A stretch of DNA of 64,000 nucleotides. Source: Candidatus Hydrogenedentota bacterium. GTDB taxonomy: Bacteria; Hydrogenedentota; Hydrogenedentia; Hydrogenedentales; SLHB01. A model generated the notes under the pieces. That model was given only the letters and a program-made list of their open reading frames with translations. It was not told the origin of the DNA and made no database searches. Shown here piece by piece: positions 41,957 to 51,698 of this stretch. The position numbers were made by a program, and so were the translations under genes. The stretch covers positions 192,001-256,000 of the forward strand of contig CAVUWV010000024.1 in assembly GCA_963745075.1 (NCBI GenBank). Direction: 5' to 3'. How positions within the stretch are numbered: the stretch's first letter is position 1; every line of letters starts with the position of its first letter.

Positions 41957-43352
41957 ATGAATACACGGACTGCGCGAGAATGGTCGCGGCGGGAGATGTT
42001 GGAACTCATGGCAAGCGGGACACTGGCAGCGGCCTTTGGCGCGGGCACGAGTTGGGCACAACCCAAACGCAAACCGAACGTTATCGTCATCTATACCGAT
42101 GACCAGGGTTCGGTGGATATGGGCGTTTACGGCGCGAATGACCTGATGACACCGAACATGGATGCCCTCGCCGCGCGCGGGCGTGCGCTTCACGCAAATG
42201 TATGCACCCGCCCCCGTGTGTTCACCGTCGCGCGCCGGCATGTTGACCGGACGCTATCCGGTCTCCGCTGGGGTTCCGGGCAACGTGTCGTCCAAGCCGG
42301 GCAATTCGGGCATGCCGACCGAACAGGTGACCATGGCCGAGATGTTTAAGGCGGCCGGCTATGCCACGGCCCACATCGGCAAATGGCATCTTGGGTATAC
42401 GCCCGAAACCATGCCCAATGCCCAAGGCTTCGACTATTCCTTCGGATTCATGGGTGGCTGCATCGATAATTACTCCCACTTCTTCTACTGGTCGGGACCC
42501 AACCGCCACGACTTGCATCGAAATGGGGAAGAGGTCTTCTGCGACGGCGAGTACTTCCAGGACCTGATGATTCGCGAAGCGGACAAGTTCATTCAGGATC
42601 ATCACGACGAGCCGTTCTTCATGTACGCCGCATTCAATTGTCCGCACTACCCGTATCAGGGATATGAACGCTGGATAAAGTACTACCGCGACAAAGGCGT
42701 GCCCTATCCCCGCGACTTGTACGCCGCCTTCCTGTCCACCGAAGACGACCATATCGGCCAATTGCTCGGCCTTATCGACAGCGCGGGGCTGCGGGAAGAC
42801 ACCATCATCGTGTTGCAGTCCGACCAGGGTCATTCCACGGAAGAACGCGCCCACTTCGGCGGCGGCAGCGCAGGGCCATACCGTGGGGCGAAATTCAGCA
42901 TGTTCGAAGGCGGCATTCGGATCCCCTCAATCGTATCCTGGCCCGGTCACCTGCCCGAGGGCGAAGTCCGCGATCAAATGGCCCACGGCTGCGACTGGAT
43001 GCCGACGCTGGCGGCGCTGGCCGGCGTCGATACGGTACCGGAGGGTATCGACGGCCGGAGTATTGCCGACGTGATCGAGGGTGCGTCGGCACCCTCGCCC
43101 CACGATCATCTCATCTGGCACTTGCACGAGGGGGATAAGGCAAGCTGGGCCGTCCGCGAAGGCGACTGGAAGCTGTCGGTGAACGTCCGCGACACGACCG
43201 ACGGCCAGAACGTGAAGACCATCGAAGGACCGTTCCTCGCGAACATCGCGGAGGATGTCGGCGAAACGACCAACGTCGCCGCCGACCACCCCGACATCGT
43301 CGAACGTCTGACCAAAATCCACACGGATTGGCTGGCGAATCAGCCGGGGTAG
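41957..43352 (+). CDS. Tat-exported sulfatase (frameshift near 42180)
   Basis: SRREML, PNVIVIYTDDQG; then VCSPSRAGMLTGRY and GKWHLG in the next frame. Confidence 0.9.
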
Positions 43353-43376
43353 ACGAATTCGTTCGCGCTGACAATC

Positions 43377-43411
43377 AAAGAAGGCACGGTATATAGCACC
43401 GTGCCTTCTTT
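43377..43411. terminator. Bidirectional rho-independent terminator
   Basis: AAAGAAGGCACGGT-ATATAGC-ACCGTGCCTTCTTT perfect 14-bp stem between convergent ORFs. Confidence 0.75.
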
Positions 43412-43450
43412 AGCTAAAGCGTTTACCTAAAGCGACTCGAAAGCAGCCGC

Positions 43451-43549
43451 TTACATGTCTCCCTTTCCGGGCTTGACCGGCTTGGCCTTCACGGGCACGC
43501 CCGCACATGCCGGAACTTTCGTCTTGGACGTCGACTTCACGTGCTTCAT
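43451..43549 (-). CDS. 32-aa basic micro-peptide A
   Basis: AGGAG RBS; MKHVKSTSKTKVPACAGVPVKAKPVKPGKGDM; paralog at 44871-44973. Confidence 0.6.
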   Translation of the reverse strand: MKHVKSTSKTKVPACAGVPVKAKPVKPGKGDM

Positions 43550-43881
43550 TCTCGTTCTCCTCTCGGGTTGCTGACCGATGCTGGCACACATACCGCCCAC
43601 GGTCGAAAACATCACGCCCTGCAGCAACGTTTTCGCCAAGTCGGGGATTAGACCTCACAGGAGGTGGCGCGGTTTGCCCGTGCATACGGTATGGTGGAAT
43701 TGTTTTTTGGCCTAAGTAATTTCGAGACAATAACTTATAGTTTACGGGGACAACATCGCCCTGTTGAACGCTTTACAAAAAGCGCTTATACGCCGATAAT
43801 TAATAGGGACAACGCTAAGGTCCAGGAGCCGTGGGACCTGGGGAAGGACGAGCAACTACGTTGTCGGAAGGGAGTTAGACC

Positions 43882-44751
43882 ATGAAGTACGCCATCACAC
43901 TGATCGCCGCGGCCGCGCTCTGCGGCACCACCTATGCCGACGAAACCGTGGACCTCAACCAGCATCTCTCCCTGACCCTGCGCGCGTGGCGCGTGGACTT
44001 TAATGCCGAAACCTCACTCGTCAAAGACCTTAAGGGCGACAAACTCGATCTGGACGACGAACTCGCCATCGACGACGACTACAGTCCCGAGGCTATCCTG
44101 CGGTGGCAGATCGTGCCGCGCCACGCCCTCGAGCTGGCCTATAACCATATGAGTTTCGACGGGGACGAAATCGTGGCGCAGGGCGTCGTGATTGACGACA
44201 GCTTCATTCCGCTGTTCGCTCATCTCGAAGTCGACTCCAACCTGAATTTCCTCCGGCTCGACTGGCGGCGGTCGTTCTTCGAGCAGGATGCCCGGTTCAA
44301 TATCGACACTATCCTGGGCGTCCAGGGGTTCGATGTCGAGGGTGAATACGAGGCCTACCTGCCCGGCGGTGGTTGGCGGAAAGCCTTCCCCGATTGGGCG
44401 CGGGACCTCCGCCGGGACATCGGCCATTTCCTGCCCGACAAACTCGACTTCCTGAACACCGATCTCTATTACCACGACAAAGAGGACATCACGGCCGGGC
44501 TGCCCATCGTCGGCCTGGGCCTTCAATTCCGGCCCATCGACCGGCTCACCATCAGCGGCCAAGCTTACGGCATGTACGCCGGCGACTACGGCAACTTCTT
44601 CAATGCGGAAGCGGGTCTAAAATTCCGGCTGACCAAATGGCTTGAACTCGAAGGCGGTTACCGCTATTGGAACCTCGAGTACGACGACAGCGACGACGAC
44701 TACCAAGTCATCATGAACGGCGCCTTCGTCGGCGGCACGGTATCGTTCTAG
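43882..44751 (+). CDS. Outer-membrane beta-barrel protein
   Basis: Signal peptide, alternating beta-strand pattern, LEGGYRY, C-terminal Phe. Confidence 0.8.
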   Translation: MKYAITLIAAAALCGTTYADETVDLNQHLSLTLRAWRVDFNAETSLVKDLKGDKLDLDDELAIDDDYSPEAILRWQIVPRHALELAYNHMSFDGDEIVAQGVVIDDSFIPLFAHLEVDSNLNFLRLDWRRSFFEQDARFNIDTILGVQGFDVEGEYEAYLPGGGWRKAFPDWARDLRRDIGHFLPDKLDFLNTDLYYHDKEDITAGLPIVGLGLQFRPIDRLTISGQAYGMYAGDYGNFFNAEAGLKFRLTKWLELEGGYRYWNLEYDDSDDDYQVIMNGAFVGGTVSF

Positions 44752-44796
44752 GGAGGACCGGGAGCGCCGGGCATGGCCAGCTGGGAAAACCAGTAA

Positions 44797-44832
44797 CGGG
44801 ACCCATAGGACAAACAAGACCTATGGGTCCCG
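44797..44832. terminator. Hairpin between the convergent barrel gene and micro-peptide B
   Basis: CGGGACCCATAGG / CCTATGGGTCCCG perfect 13-bp stem. Confidence 0.6.
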
Positions 44833-44870
44833 GTTCTCTGAATACGATTAACCACGAGGCTGAATTACTC

Positions 44871-44973
44871 TCATGCACGGGCTTCGTCCGGCTTCACCGG
44901 CTTTGCTTTCATCACTGCCATACCAGCCAGCTTCGGGAGCATTCAACTTCGATAGATGCTTAATATGTTTCAT
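44871..44973 (-). CDS. ~33-aa basic micro-peptide B (one extra base near 44942)
   Basis: AGGAGG RBS; removing one base gives MKHIKHLSKLMLPKLAGMAVMKAKPVKPDEARA. Confidence 0.55.
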
Positions 44974-45394
44974 GGGACAGCCTCCTGTTGTTTTGTCACC
45001 ACGACGTGTATACCCGAATCGGCCGGCAGATGTCACGCAAACCGTCACCGGCCTGCCTCCGTCATACTCGCGAATCGCGGGTATCCATCTTCATTCTCCA
45101 TCTCTGGACCCCAAGAATTCTGAACCACGAAGGACGCGGCGAAGACCTCTTCTGCTCGTCCGCCAGCCTCCCGACTGGGGGGTGCCGTGTCTTCTTCTTT
45201 TGACGATACAAGGGGGGTGCGGGGCTGGGGTGTAGTTTGTCATGGACGGCGATCTCCCCATAAACATAGATCGGGTAGGGGGTTGCGCGGAAATCTGACC
45301 GGAGGCTGGAGTCCGGAGGCTGGAGGGATTGGGGGGTGCATCCTTCCCGCCGACCCAAGGCGAAGGTACGGGCGAATCGTTTTAGCAGTTTCCC

Positions 45395-46199
45395 ATGAAG
45401 CCGGGCGATCTTATTTTGGCTGATCGCGGATATTGCGCGGCAAACGGCATCGTGTATGTCGACGCGAGCGACGCCTTTGTGACGTACGCTTCAACCTCAA
45501 CACGTTCCCCTATGAGGACCGTCCGGACGGCCCTTCGAGCTGCTGAGTCGCTTGAAGCGCTTTACGAAAACCGGCGCGATTCGCGATGTGGCCGGTATGG
45601 ATACCCACGGACGAAACGCACAGCGTTGCCGGACGTGATCTGCGTCGTGCGTAAGACTCAAGAAGCTATCCGACAGGCCCACAGAAAACTTCGGCAGCGC
45701 GCGATCTGCAAAGGGTCATAAGCTGCGGCCCCAAACACTCGTCTACGCGGAATACGTCATCGTCTTCACCACCTTTCCCGAAGAGGACTTCTCCGCTGCC
45801 GTCGTGTTGGAATGGTACCGCATTCGCTGGCAGATTGAACTCGTATTCAAACGCTTCAAGCAGATCGCTCAGCTAGGCCACCTACCAAAGCACGACGAAG
45901 AAAGCGCTCAAGCGTGGCTCTACGGCAAACTCTTCATCGCCCTGATAACCGACAAGCTTATCGGTCACGCAAATCGTTTTCCCCCTGGGGATACGAAATG
46001 GACACGCCGCCAGCCCCCGAGTCCGTGGCGTGAGTTCGCCTTCGCCTTCCACCAAGTCGGCGCGCCATCGATCCCGCTGCCCCTGCGCGACGCCATCGAC
46101 AACTGGAACGCGATCGCACGGGCGCTGGCAGAGAAGCCGCGAAACGACGCCTCCAGATGAGCTCTACAATCATTTGAAACAAGTTAGCGCTTATGGGGG
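45395..46199 (+). pseudogene. IS4-family (DDE_Tnp_1) transposase remnant, 5'-truncated and frameshifted, with probable right end
   Basis: GDLILADRGY and WYRIRWQIELVFKRFKQ (YREK) motifs; candidate end AAGTTAGCGCTTATGGG at 46181-46197. Confidence 0.8.
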
Positions 46200-46725
46200 T
46201 GCACCCCCTTTTGCTTTTTGACGATTCAAGGGGGGGTGTGCCGATCGCGGAGTGCGGTCCCCGCGGTAGGGGATTTCCAAAAAGCCTCCGACGAAGCGCC
46301 GGCGCGCAAATTTGGGAGTCAAAACACTCGACCGGTCTCGATATCGTGCCGTATGGGGCATTCTCGAAAGACGTTTTCGTCGAGTTTCGGCGCTCCAGAT
46401 CTGTGCTGGGCTTTTTGGAAATCCCCGGTAGCGAGGATGACGGGCGCGTTGGGTGTTGTTTGGCATGGGCGGAGTTGTCCTTACTTATATGGCCCGGGGT
46501 GTTGCACCGAATCAGGCTGGAGTCCGGAGACTGGAGGTCGTAGCGGCCTCCAGTGTACGGAGTCCTGAACGCCAAAGATGTCCGCGGTGTAACGCCAATC
46601 CCGCGACGCCTTCAAACGGACCTGCCGACAAATGACGACAATCCCAGACCATCCATCAAAGAATTCCCGACCGGCTCAATCCGCGTATCCCAATCCGCAA
46701 TCAAGAACGTCCGGTACCACTGACT

Positions 46726-47520
46726 CTAATTCGGAACATCCATTCGCACCAGACGGAAGCCGAGGTCGCTGCTGGTATTGGCCGGGACCAAGCTTTCTCG
46801 ATTCGCGGAGCGGCAGGATTCCGAAGAAGCTTCCCAACTTCCTCCCCTAACTACGCGGGTGTTGCCCGTGCCTGGCCCCTGGGGATCCGTAACGCCTCCC
46901 ACCGGGTAGTCACCGTACCGATCCTGGCACCATTCATAGACGTTTCCGCTCATGTCGTAAAGGCCCCACAGGTTCGGCATCTTTCCTCCCACGACGTGGG
47001 TTGCGGATGCACTGTTGCCGGAATACCACGCGTAATCGTCAATCGCCGTATAGGACGGATCGTCGCCCCAATAGAAACGGCTCGTGGTACCCGCGCGGCA
47101 CGCGTATTCCCATTCCGATTCCGTGGGGAGGCGGTACAACGCCGCAACGCCTTTCGCGCCATTCAAGGCGTCGATGAAGTCCTGAACGTCATCCCAGCTC
47201 ACCTGCTCGACCGGATTGTCAAAGTAGCTGAATTTCGAGGGATTATGACCCATTACGGCTTTCCACTGGGCCTGGGTCACTTCGTATTTTCCCAACCAGA
47301 ACCCAAACGTGATCGTTACCGCGTGTCGCGTCTCATCGGCCTCGCGGTCCGTTTCATTCGACGGACTTCCCATCATATACGTGCCCGGCGGACACCACTG
47401 GAACTCGATGCCGTCGAAGGTCTGGGTTTCTCCCGGGATATGGCCGCCGGCGCAGCTGGTGGCGAATGCAAGACACAAGGCGGCCGACGCCGTCCCAATC
47501 ACGCGGAAGAGCGATTTCAT
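46726..47520 (-). CDS. Formylglycine-generating-enzyme (SUMF1/FGE-sulfatase) domain lipoprotein
   Basis: YEVTQAQW, RLPTESEWEYACRAG, GLYDMSGNVYEWC, RGGSW, GFRLV. Confidence 0.9.
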   Translation of the reverse strand: MKSLFRVIGTASAALCLAFATSCAGGHIPGETQTFDGIEFQWCPPGTYMMGSPSNETDREADETRHAVTITFGFWLGKYEVTQAQWKAVMGHNPSKFSYFDNPVEQVSWDDVQDFIDALNGAKGVAALYRLPTESEWEYACRAGTTSRFYWGDDPSYTAIDDYAWYSGNSASATHVVGGKMPNLWGLYDMSGNVYEWCQDRYGDYPVGGVTDPQGPGTGNTRVVRGGSWEASSESCRSANRESLVPANTSSDLGFRLVRMDVPN

Positions 47521-47764
47521 AGCACACACTCCTTATGGGATGGTGCACAAGACGGCGCCCGAGGCTCAATCAGCGAGGAGCGGACACGTGCCTTGCACGT
47601 ATTCCGGTTTAACAGAAACAGAGGCCTTGCAGAGTTCCCTGTCAACCCCAGTATACGCCGGAGCGTGCAATCCCGCAACGACCCCGAGCAGGGCAGTTCC
47701 CGAGGTCAAGACGGACCTGGATAGGGCACCAATCCTGCAACGCCTGCTGTCTCCAGGATCTGGA

Positions 47765-47844
47765 ACCGCGAAGCCGCGAAGTTCGCGACGAAAAGAACGA
47801 GACCCCTCGCGTACAAGACTTCGCGGCCTTCGCGCCTTCGCGGT
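47765..47844. repeat. Imperfect inverted repeat built of CGCGAAG units
   Basis: ACCGCGAAGCCGCGAAGTTCGCGA vs reverse complement of 47821-47844, 3 mismatches in 24. Confidence 0.7.
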
Positions 47845-48079
47845 GGGATCTCTCCTCCTCCCAATCCGCATTCCGCAATCCACAATCGGTACCCCCTCTG
47901 CGTCATAACGTCTTAGCGCCTTTGTGTTGAACGAACCACGCTGCGATTGCCGGTTACATTGCACGATATTGAACCACGGGGACACGGGGAACACGGGGAG
48001 AGGCTGCAGATGGGTTCCCCCACGGGCAGTGTGGCTGTCAGGGCGGCCACACTGCCGCAGCATCCGTTGTCCTGGGCCT

Positions 48080-48159
48080 CCGTCATCCTGAGCTTGCGAA
48101 GGATCTCATCCTCCCGACGCCCGACTGACCAGAGATCCTTCGCAAGCTCAGGATGACGG
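48080..48159. repeat. Palindromic element with perfect 28-bp arms
   Basis: CCGTCATCCTGAGCTTGCGAAGGATCTC (48080-48107) and its exact reverse complement (48132-48159). Confidence 0.9.
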
Positions 48160-48319
48160 CTACGACGGGTTCTTCAACACAACGGCGAGTGCGATTGGTC
48201 ATCCTGTATCTCCGCATTCTTCGTTCATGATTCTTAATTCATAATTGCCCCCTCTTCTGTTACTATAGACCCAGTAAACCGCATCGGGATCAAACACCCG
48301 GACCGGGGAGGGTTTCGCC

Positions 48320-49384
48320 ATGGTCCTGTACCTGATCATTGCCGTCGGCATCATTGCCCTGATCGTGTTGCACGGGCTGTGTTTGCCGAAAGCGTCGGGC
48401 GTTATCGGGCATGCTTTCAGAGCGCAGCCAATTGCTGCTCTTGGCGCAACTCTGACGGTAACGCTTGCTTTCAGCGCGGACGCCCAATACTTCTCCGACC
48501 CCCGACCGTCGGCAGAAGTTGGGATTCTCGAGGAGGTCTACTTTGGAGAGGCGTTTGTCGGCTCTCCTCAATCAGAAGTTGAAGAACTCTATAGACCCAT
48601 TGTTCGTGTAGCCTTTTCTTGGTGGGGGGACTATTGGCGGAGCTATCAGTATTCCTTCGAGCAGGCCGCGAAAGAGGGGTCTAACTCCTTCTCCTTCTGG
48701 AGGCAGCGTCATTGGTATCTCCGCGAATCTGATGAGCGATATCAGGATGTGGTGAGTCTTGGGGAGCCGTGGGCATCTTGGCAAACGTGCTTCGCAGGAC
48801 AACATGTCATTTCGGCGCCGACGGACGCTAACCCCCGAAGCACGGACTTTTCGGGCTGCCTAAATCACCCGGTTCGTCCTCCCAAGGTGCTCTGCACACG
48901 GAAACCATTCCCCGATACTGACGGCTGGTCCAATCAGAAGTCGATCGAATTCGCGGATTTGCCGTCAAATGTCATCAAGGAAATCGAGAAGTACCTGTTG
49001 AACGACGTGATATTGGAAATGGCCCAGGCCGAAGTTGTGGACAAGAAGACCGTCGCGAAATTCGTTGAATCGGTATCATGCAGAAGGAATAGCAAGCACT
49101 ATGGCATCTATGAGGTGCGCGTCAATTATGATGAAGCCGATTCCGACTTGATCGACCAGTCCAAGATGCCCATCGAAGATCCGGTCTGTATATGCACCGG
49201 CCCGGAAGCAGACGGCGAGGCCTGGCTGCTCGGTGACGGACTGAAACTGTTTTTCATCGGCGACCTCACCGGAAACGGTGAGTCCGAACTCGTCTTCTGG
49301 ATCGACGGATACAACAGGAACGGTTATCTGCTTGCAAACAGCGACCTGCGCGCCGTGGCAACCTACGAATGGTCGTATCATTAG
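48320..49384 (+). CDS. Hypothetical membrane-anchored/exported protein
   Basis: GGGAGG RBS, N-terminal hydrophobic segments, GDLTGNGESE motif near C-terminus. Confidence 0.65.
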   Translation: MVLYLIIAVGIIALIVLHGLCLPKASGVIGHAFRAQPIAALGATLTVTLAFSADAQYFSDPRPSAEVGILEEVYFGEAFVGSPQSEVEELYRPIVRVAFSWWGDYWRSYQYSFEQAAKEGSNSFSFWRQRHWYLRESDERYQDVVSLGEPWASWQTCFAGQHVISAPTDANPRSTDFSGCLNHPVRPPKVLCTRKPFPDTDGWSNQKSIEFADLPSNVIKEIEKYLLNDVILEMAQAEVVDKKTVAKFVESVSCRRNSKHYGIYEVRVNYDEADSDLIDQSKMPIEDPVCICTGPEADGEAWLLGDGLKLFFIGDLTGNGESELVFWIDGYNRNGYLLANSDLRAVATYEWSYH

Positions 49385-49560
49385 GCCGAGTCAAGGCGGA
49401 TGGGCGAAAGATCGCCTCAACGTGTCGATATTCTGCATCTGCCGGGTTTTGCGCGGAAGTATGCATGGAGCGTGGCTCATCCGGAAGGTTCATTCATTGT
49501 GGATGGTTCGGGCCAACTAACGGGTGTGTGTTTTAGTTCACAATTTTGGACACGGAACGA

Positions 49561-50304
49561 ATGGCCAACAATCCAAATAGGCAAGCGTGCCGACTTTGTG
49601 GTCGCCACGAAGATCTCCGCAATTCCCACATCATTCCGGAGTTTCTCTATAAGCCACTGTATGATTCCCAGCATCGTGTCTTCCGCCTCTCGACGGGTGA
49701 ACGGCCAAAGCGCATCTTTGAACAGAAGGGCGTAAGAGAACGGCTGCTCTGCGAGTGTTGCGAGACTCAACTCAGTCGATATGAACGTTACGCACGAGGC
49801 ATCCTCGTTGGCGGTGAAGAGATTGGAATCATTACAGATAAGCCAGCCGCTTTCGCGGCGCGAGTGGACTACGCAAGATTCAAACTGTTCGAGATTTCCA
49901 TTCTATGGCGTGCTGGTATCGCTTCCGTGACCGAATTTGCTGACGTGATCCTCGGCGACCATGAGCAGCGGTTGCGGCAAATGCTTCTTGACGAAGACCC
50001 AGGGGCTGCTCAAGAGTACGGTTGCGTGCTCCTGTGGCCGACTGTGCATCGAGATGTCTTTGACCAATTCATCATGTCGCTTGGACGACAAGAGATAGGC
50101 AATTTGGCCGTCCAAATATTCGTTTTTGGTGGCATGTGCTGGATTTTCTCGCTTGCGAGCACAGCAATTGACCGCAACCAGGAAATGTTGTTTCTGCAAA
50201 GTGACGGCGAACTACGGATCATGCGTGGAGATCACGGAATCGGTGCGTATGTCACGCGCTTGGCTGTCGACCTCTACAACAAGAATCCGCACTTCTTCTC
50301 CTAA
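49561..50304 (+). CDS. HNH-like zinc-binding nuclease-domain protein
   Basis: CRLC..SHIIP..LLCECCE N-terminal pattern. Confidence 0.6.
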   Translation: MANNPNRQACRLCGRHEDLRNSHIIPEFLYKPLYDSQHRVFRLSTGERPKRIFEQKGVRERLLCECCETQLSRYERYARGILVGGEEIGIITDKPAAFAARVDYARFKLFEISILWRAGIASVTEFADVILGDHEQRLRQMLLDEDPGAAQEYGCVLLWPTVHRDVFDQFIMSLGRQEIGNLAVQIFVFGGMCWIFSLASTAIDRNQEMLFLQSDGELRIMRGDHGIGAYVTRLAVDLYNKNPHFFS

Positions 50305-50458
50305 TTCGCTTTAGGCCTAGCCAAGGACGACGAGGCAAAGAGGGAGAAGAACCAAGAACAACTTCGGGTTATGCTGGGGTTTAGAATCGAGTCGGCGCTC
50401 GGTCGGGGCCCTACCAACGCTAAATTGGGTACCAACAGAACAGGAGAGCCAGCTTCGA

Positions 50459-50788
50459 ATGCCAGATCGACCAGCAATTACAGCGGATTTGTACCGAAGG
50501 GTCATGGTTGAGGCAGGCTTTCGCTGCGCTATTCCTACCTGTCAACATCCAGATGTCGTGGTCCATCATATAGTTCCGTGGTCAAAGTGCAAGGAGCACT
50601 CCTTTCCGAATCTAATCGCTCTCTGTCCAAACTGTCACATGCGTGCTGATTTGGGAAAGATTGACCGAAAGGCACTCCGAATGTACAAGGCGCGCTTAGC
50701 TTCCTTGTTCCACTATCCGGACATGGAGCTAGAGTGCGTCGCCGATTCTGCGGCCGCTGACCAACGTGAAGATGTACGCTGCGGATGA
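50459..50788 (+). CDS. HNH endonuclease domain (probable N-terminal half of a fusion)
   Basis: RCAIPTC..VHHIVPW..NLIALCPNCH. Confidence 0.85.
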   Translation: MPDRPAITADLYRRVMVEAGFRCAIPTCQHPDVVVHHIVPWSKCKEHSFPNLIALCPNCHMRADLGKIDRKALRMYKARLASLFHYPDMELECVADSAAADQREDVRCG

Positions 50789-50833
50789 GTTACGAAGTGC
50801 TTTTCGGATGAAAGGGAAGGCTTTCCGGCGTAT

Positions 50834-51463
50834 ATGATTGAAGTGGAGTACCCATATGTTGCCTTACCGCGAACCGAGATTGCAGCCGAACTCAACCGCG
50901 TTATCGAGCGCGAGTTAAATGACGAAGTCTCGGGCTTTCGAAAACATGTTGTCGATTACGTGGGCGAGCATTGGAAGAAATCGAGTGACTACGTACCCGA
51001 GTGCACCTTGTCCGGCTCCTTCAAGTTGTCTCTACTTTCGGAAAAGCTCCTGAGCCTTCGTTTTGCGTTCAGCGCATACACGGGAGGAGCCTACTCGAAC
51101 GTCAGCTATTTGTCGCTTACCTATCAACTGAGTCCGGAAATTCGCCAACTTGAATTTCAAGATGTTTTCTGTGATGTGCGTGGCGCATCCGAAGCCATAT
51201 CGACCTACTGCATTAAGGAATTGACCGCGTCTTACGGTCCCGAGTGGCTGGAATTCGGTTCTTCGGAAGGGGCAGGTCCAGATCCGATGAACTTTACGTG
51301 TTTCAATCTCCACGACCACGGCGTTTCCATCAACTTCCATGACCACCAACTTGGAGGCAAGGCTTGGGGCGCTCCGTCCGTTCTTGTCCCATACCACGTC
51401 TTTCAGGATTGGCTTAACCCGAACTGTCCAACGCACAATCTCCAGTTTTGGGGTGAGCATTAG
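50834..51463 (+). CDS. DUF3298/DUF4163 (RsiV/PdaC-like) domain, in frame with the upstream HNH ORF
   Basis: IEVEYP, LLSLRF..YTGGAY.N, F.L...G..I.F..QLG..AWG...V.VPY. Confidence 0.7.
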   Translation: MIEVEYPYVALPRTEIAAELNRVIERELNDEVSGFRKHVVDYVGEHWKKSSDYVPECTLSGSFKLSLLSEKLLSLRFAFSAYTGGAYSNVSYLSLTYQLSPEIRQLEFQDVFCDVRGASEAISTYCIKELTASYGPEWLEFGSSEGAGPDPMNFTCFNLHDHGVSINFHDHQLGGKAWGAPSVLVPYHVFQDWLNPNCPTHNLQFWGEH

Positions 51464-51587
51464 GCAAGGCCTGACCTCTTTGCCATCTCCCGCCCTCATC
51501 CGCTATCCTATCGCCATACGCGTAACCCCGCGCGATGCAAGGCGCGATGACCAATGTAGTCGAGTGAGCGTTTATAATAGACAGGCA

Positions 51588-51654
51588 ATGTAGCGCAGTC
51601 ACGCTATAGCGCGACTGCATCTCCGGAATAGCAGGCGGGACGCCTGCGCTACAT
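51588..51654. repeat. GTAG-type REP doublet (REPIN-like)
   Basis: Both ends read ATGTAGCGCAG inward, each followed by its own hairpin. Confidence 0.65.
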
Positions 51655-51698
51655 GATGCTCACGCGATTCAGGATAGGGAGCATAACCCGAGCGAGCG

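Noticed and set aside
43620..43690. Possible c-di-GMP-I riboswitch upstream of micro-peptide A (GGGCAAACC..GGTCTAA on the minus strand)
   Set aside because: The GNRA-capped stem and GACGCAAA segment are missing and the spacing is too short; an Rfam scan would settle it.
46726..47520. Diversity-generating retroelement target (FGE/CLec-fold C-terminus)
   Set aside because: No reverse transcriptase and no second near-copy of the 3' region (template repeat) seen in the window.
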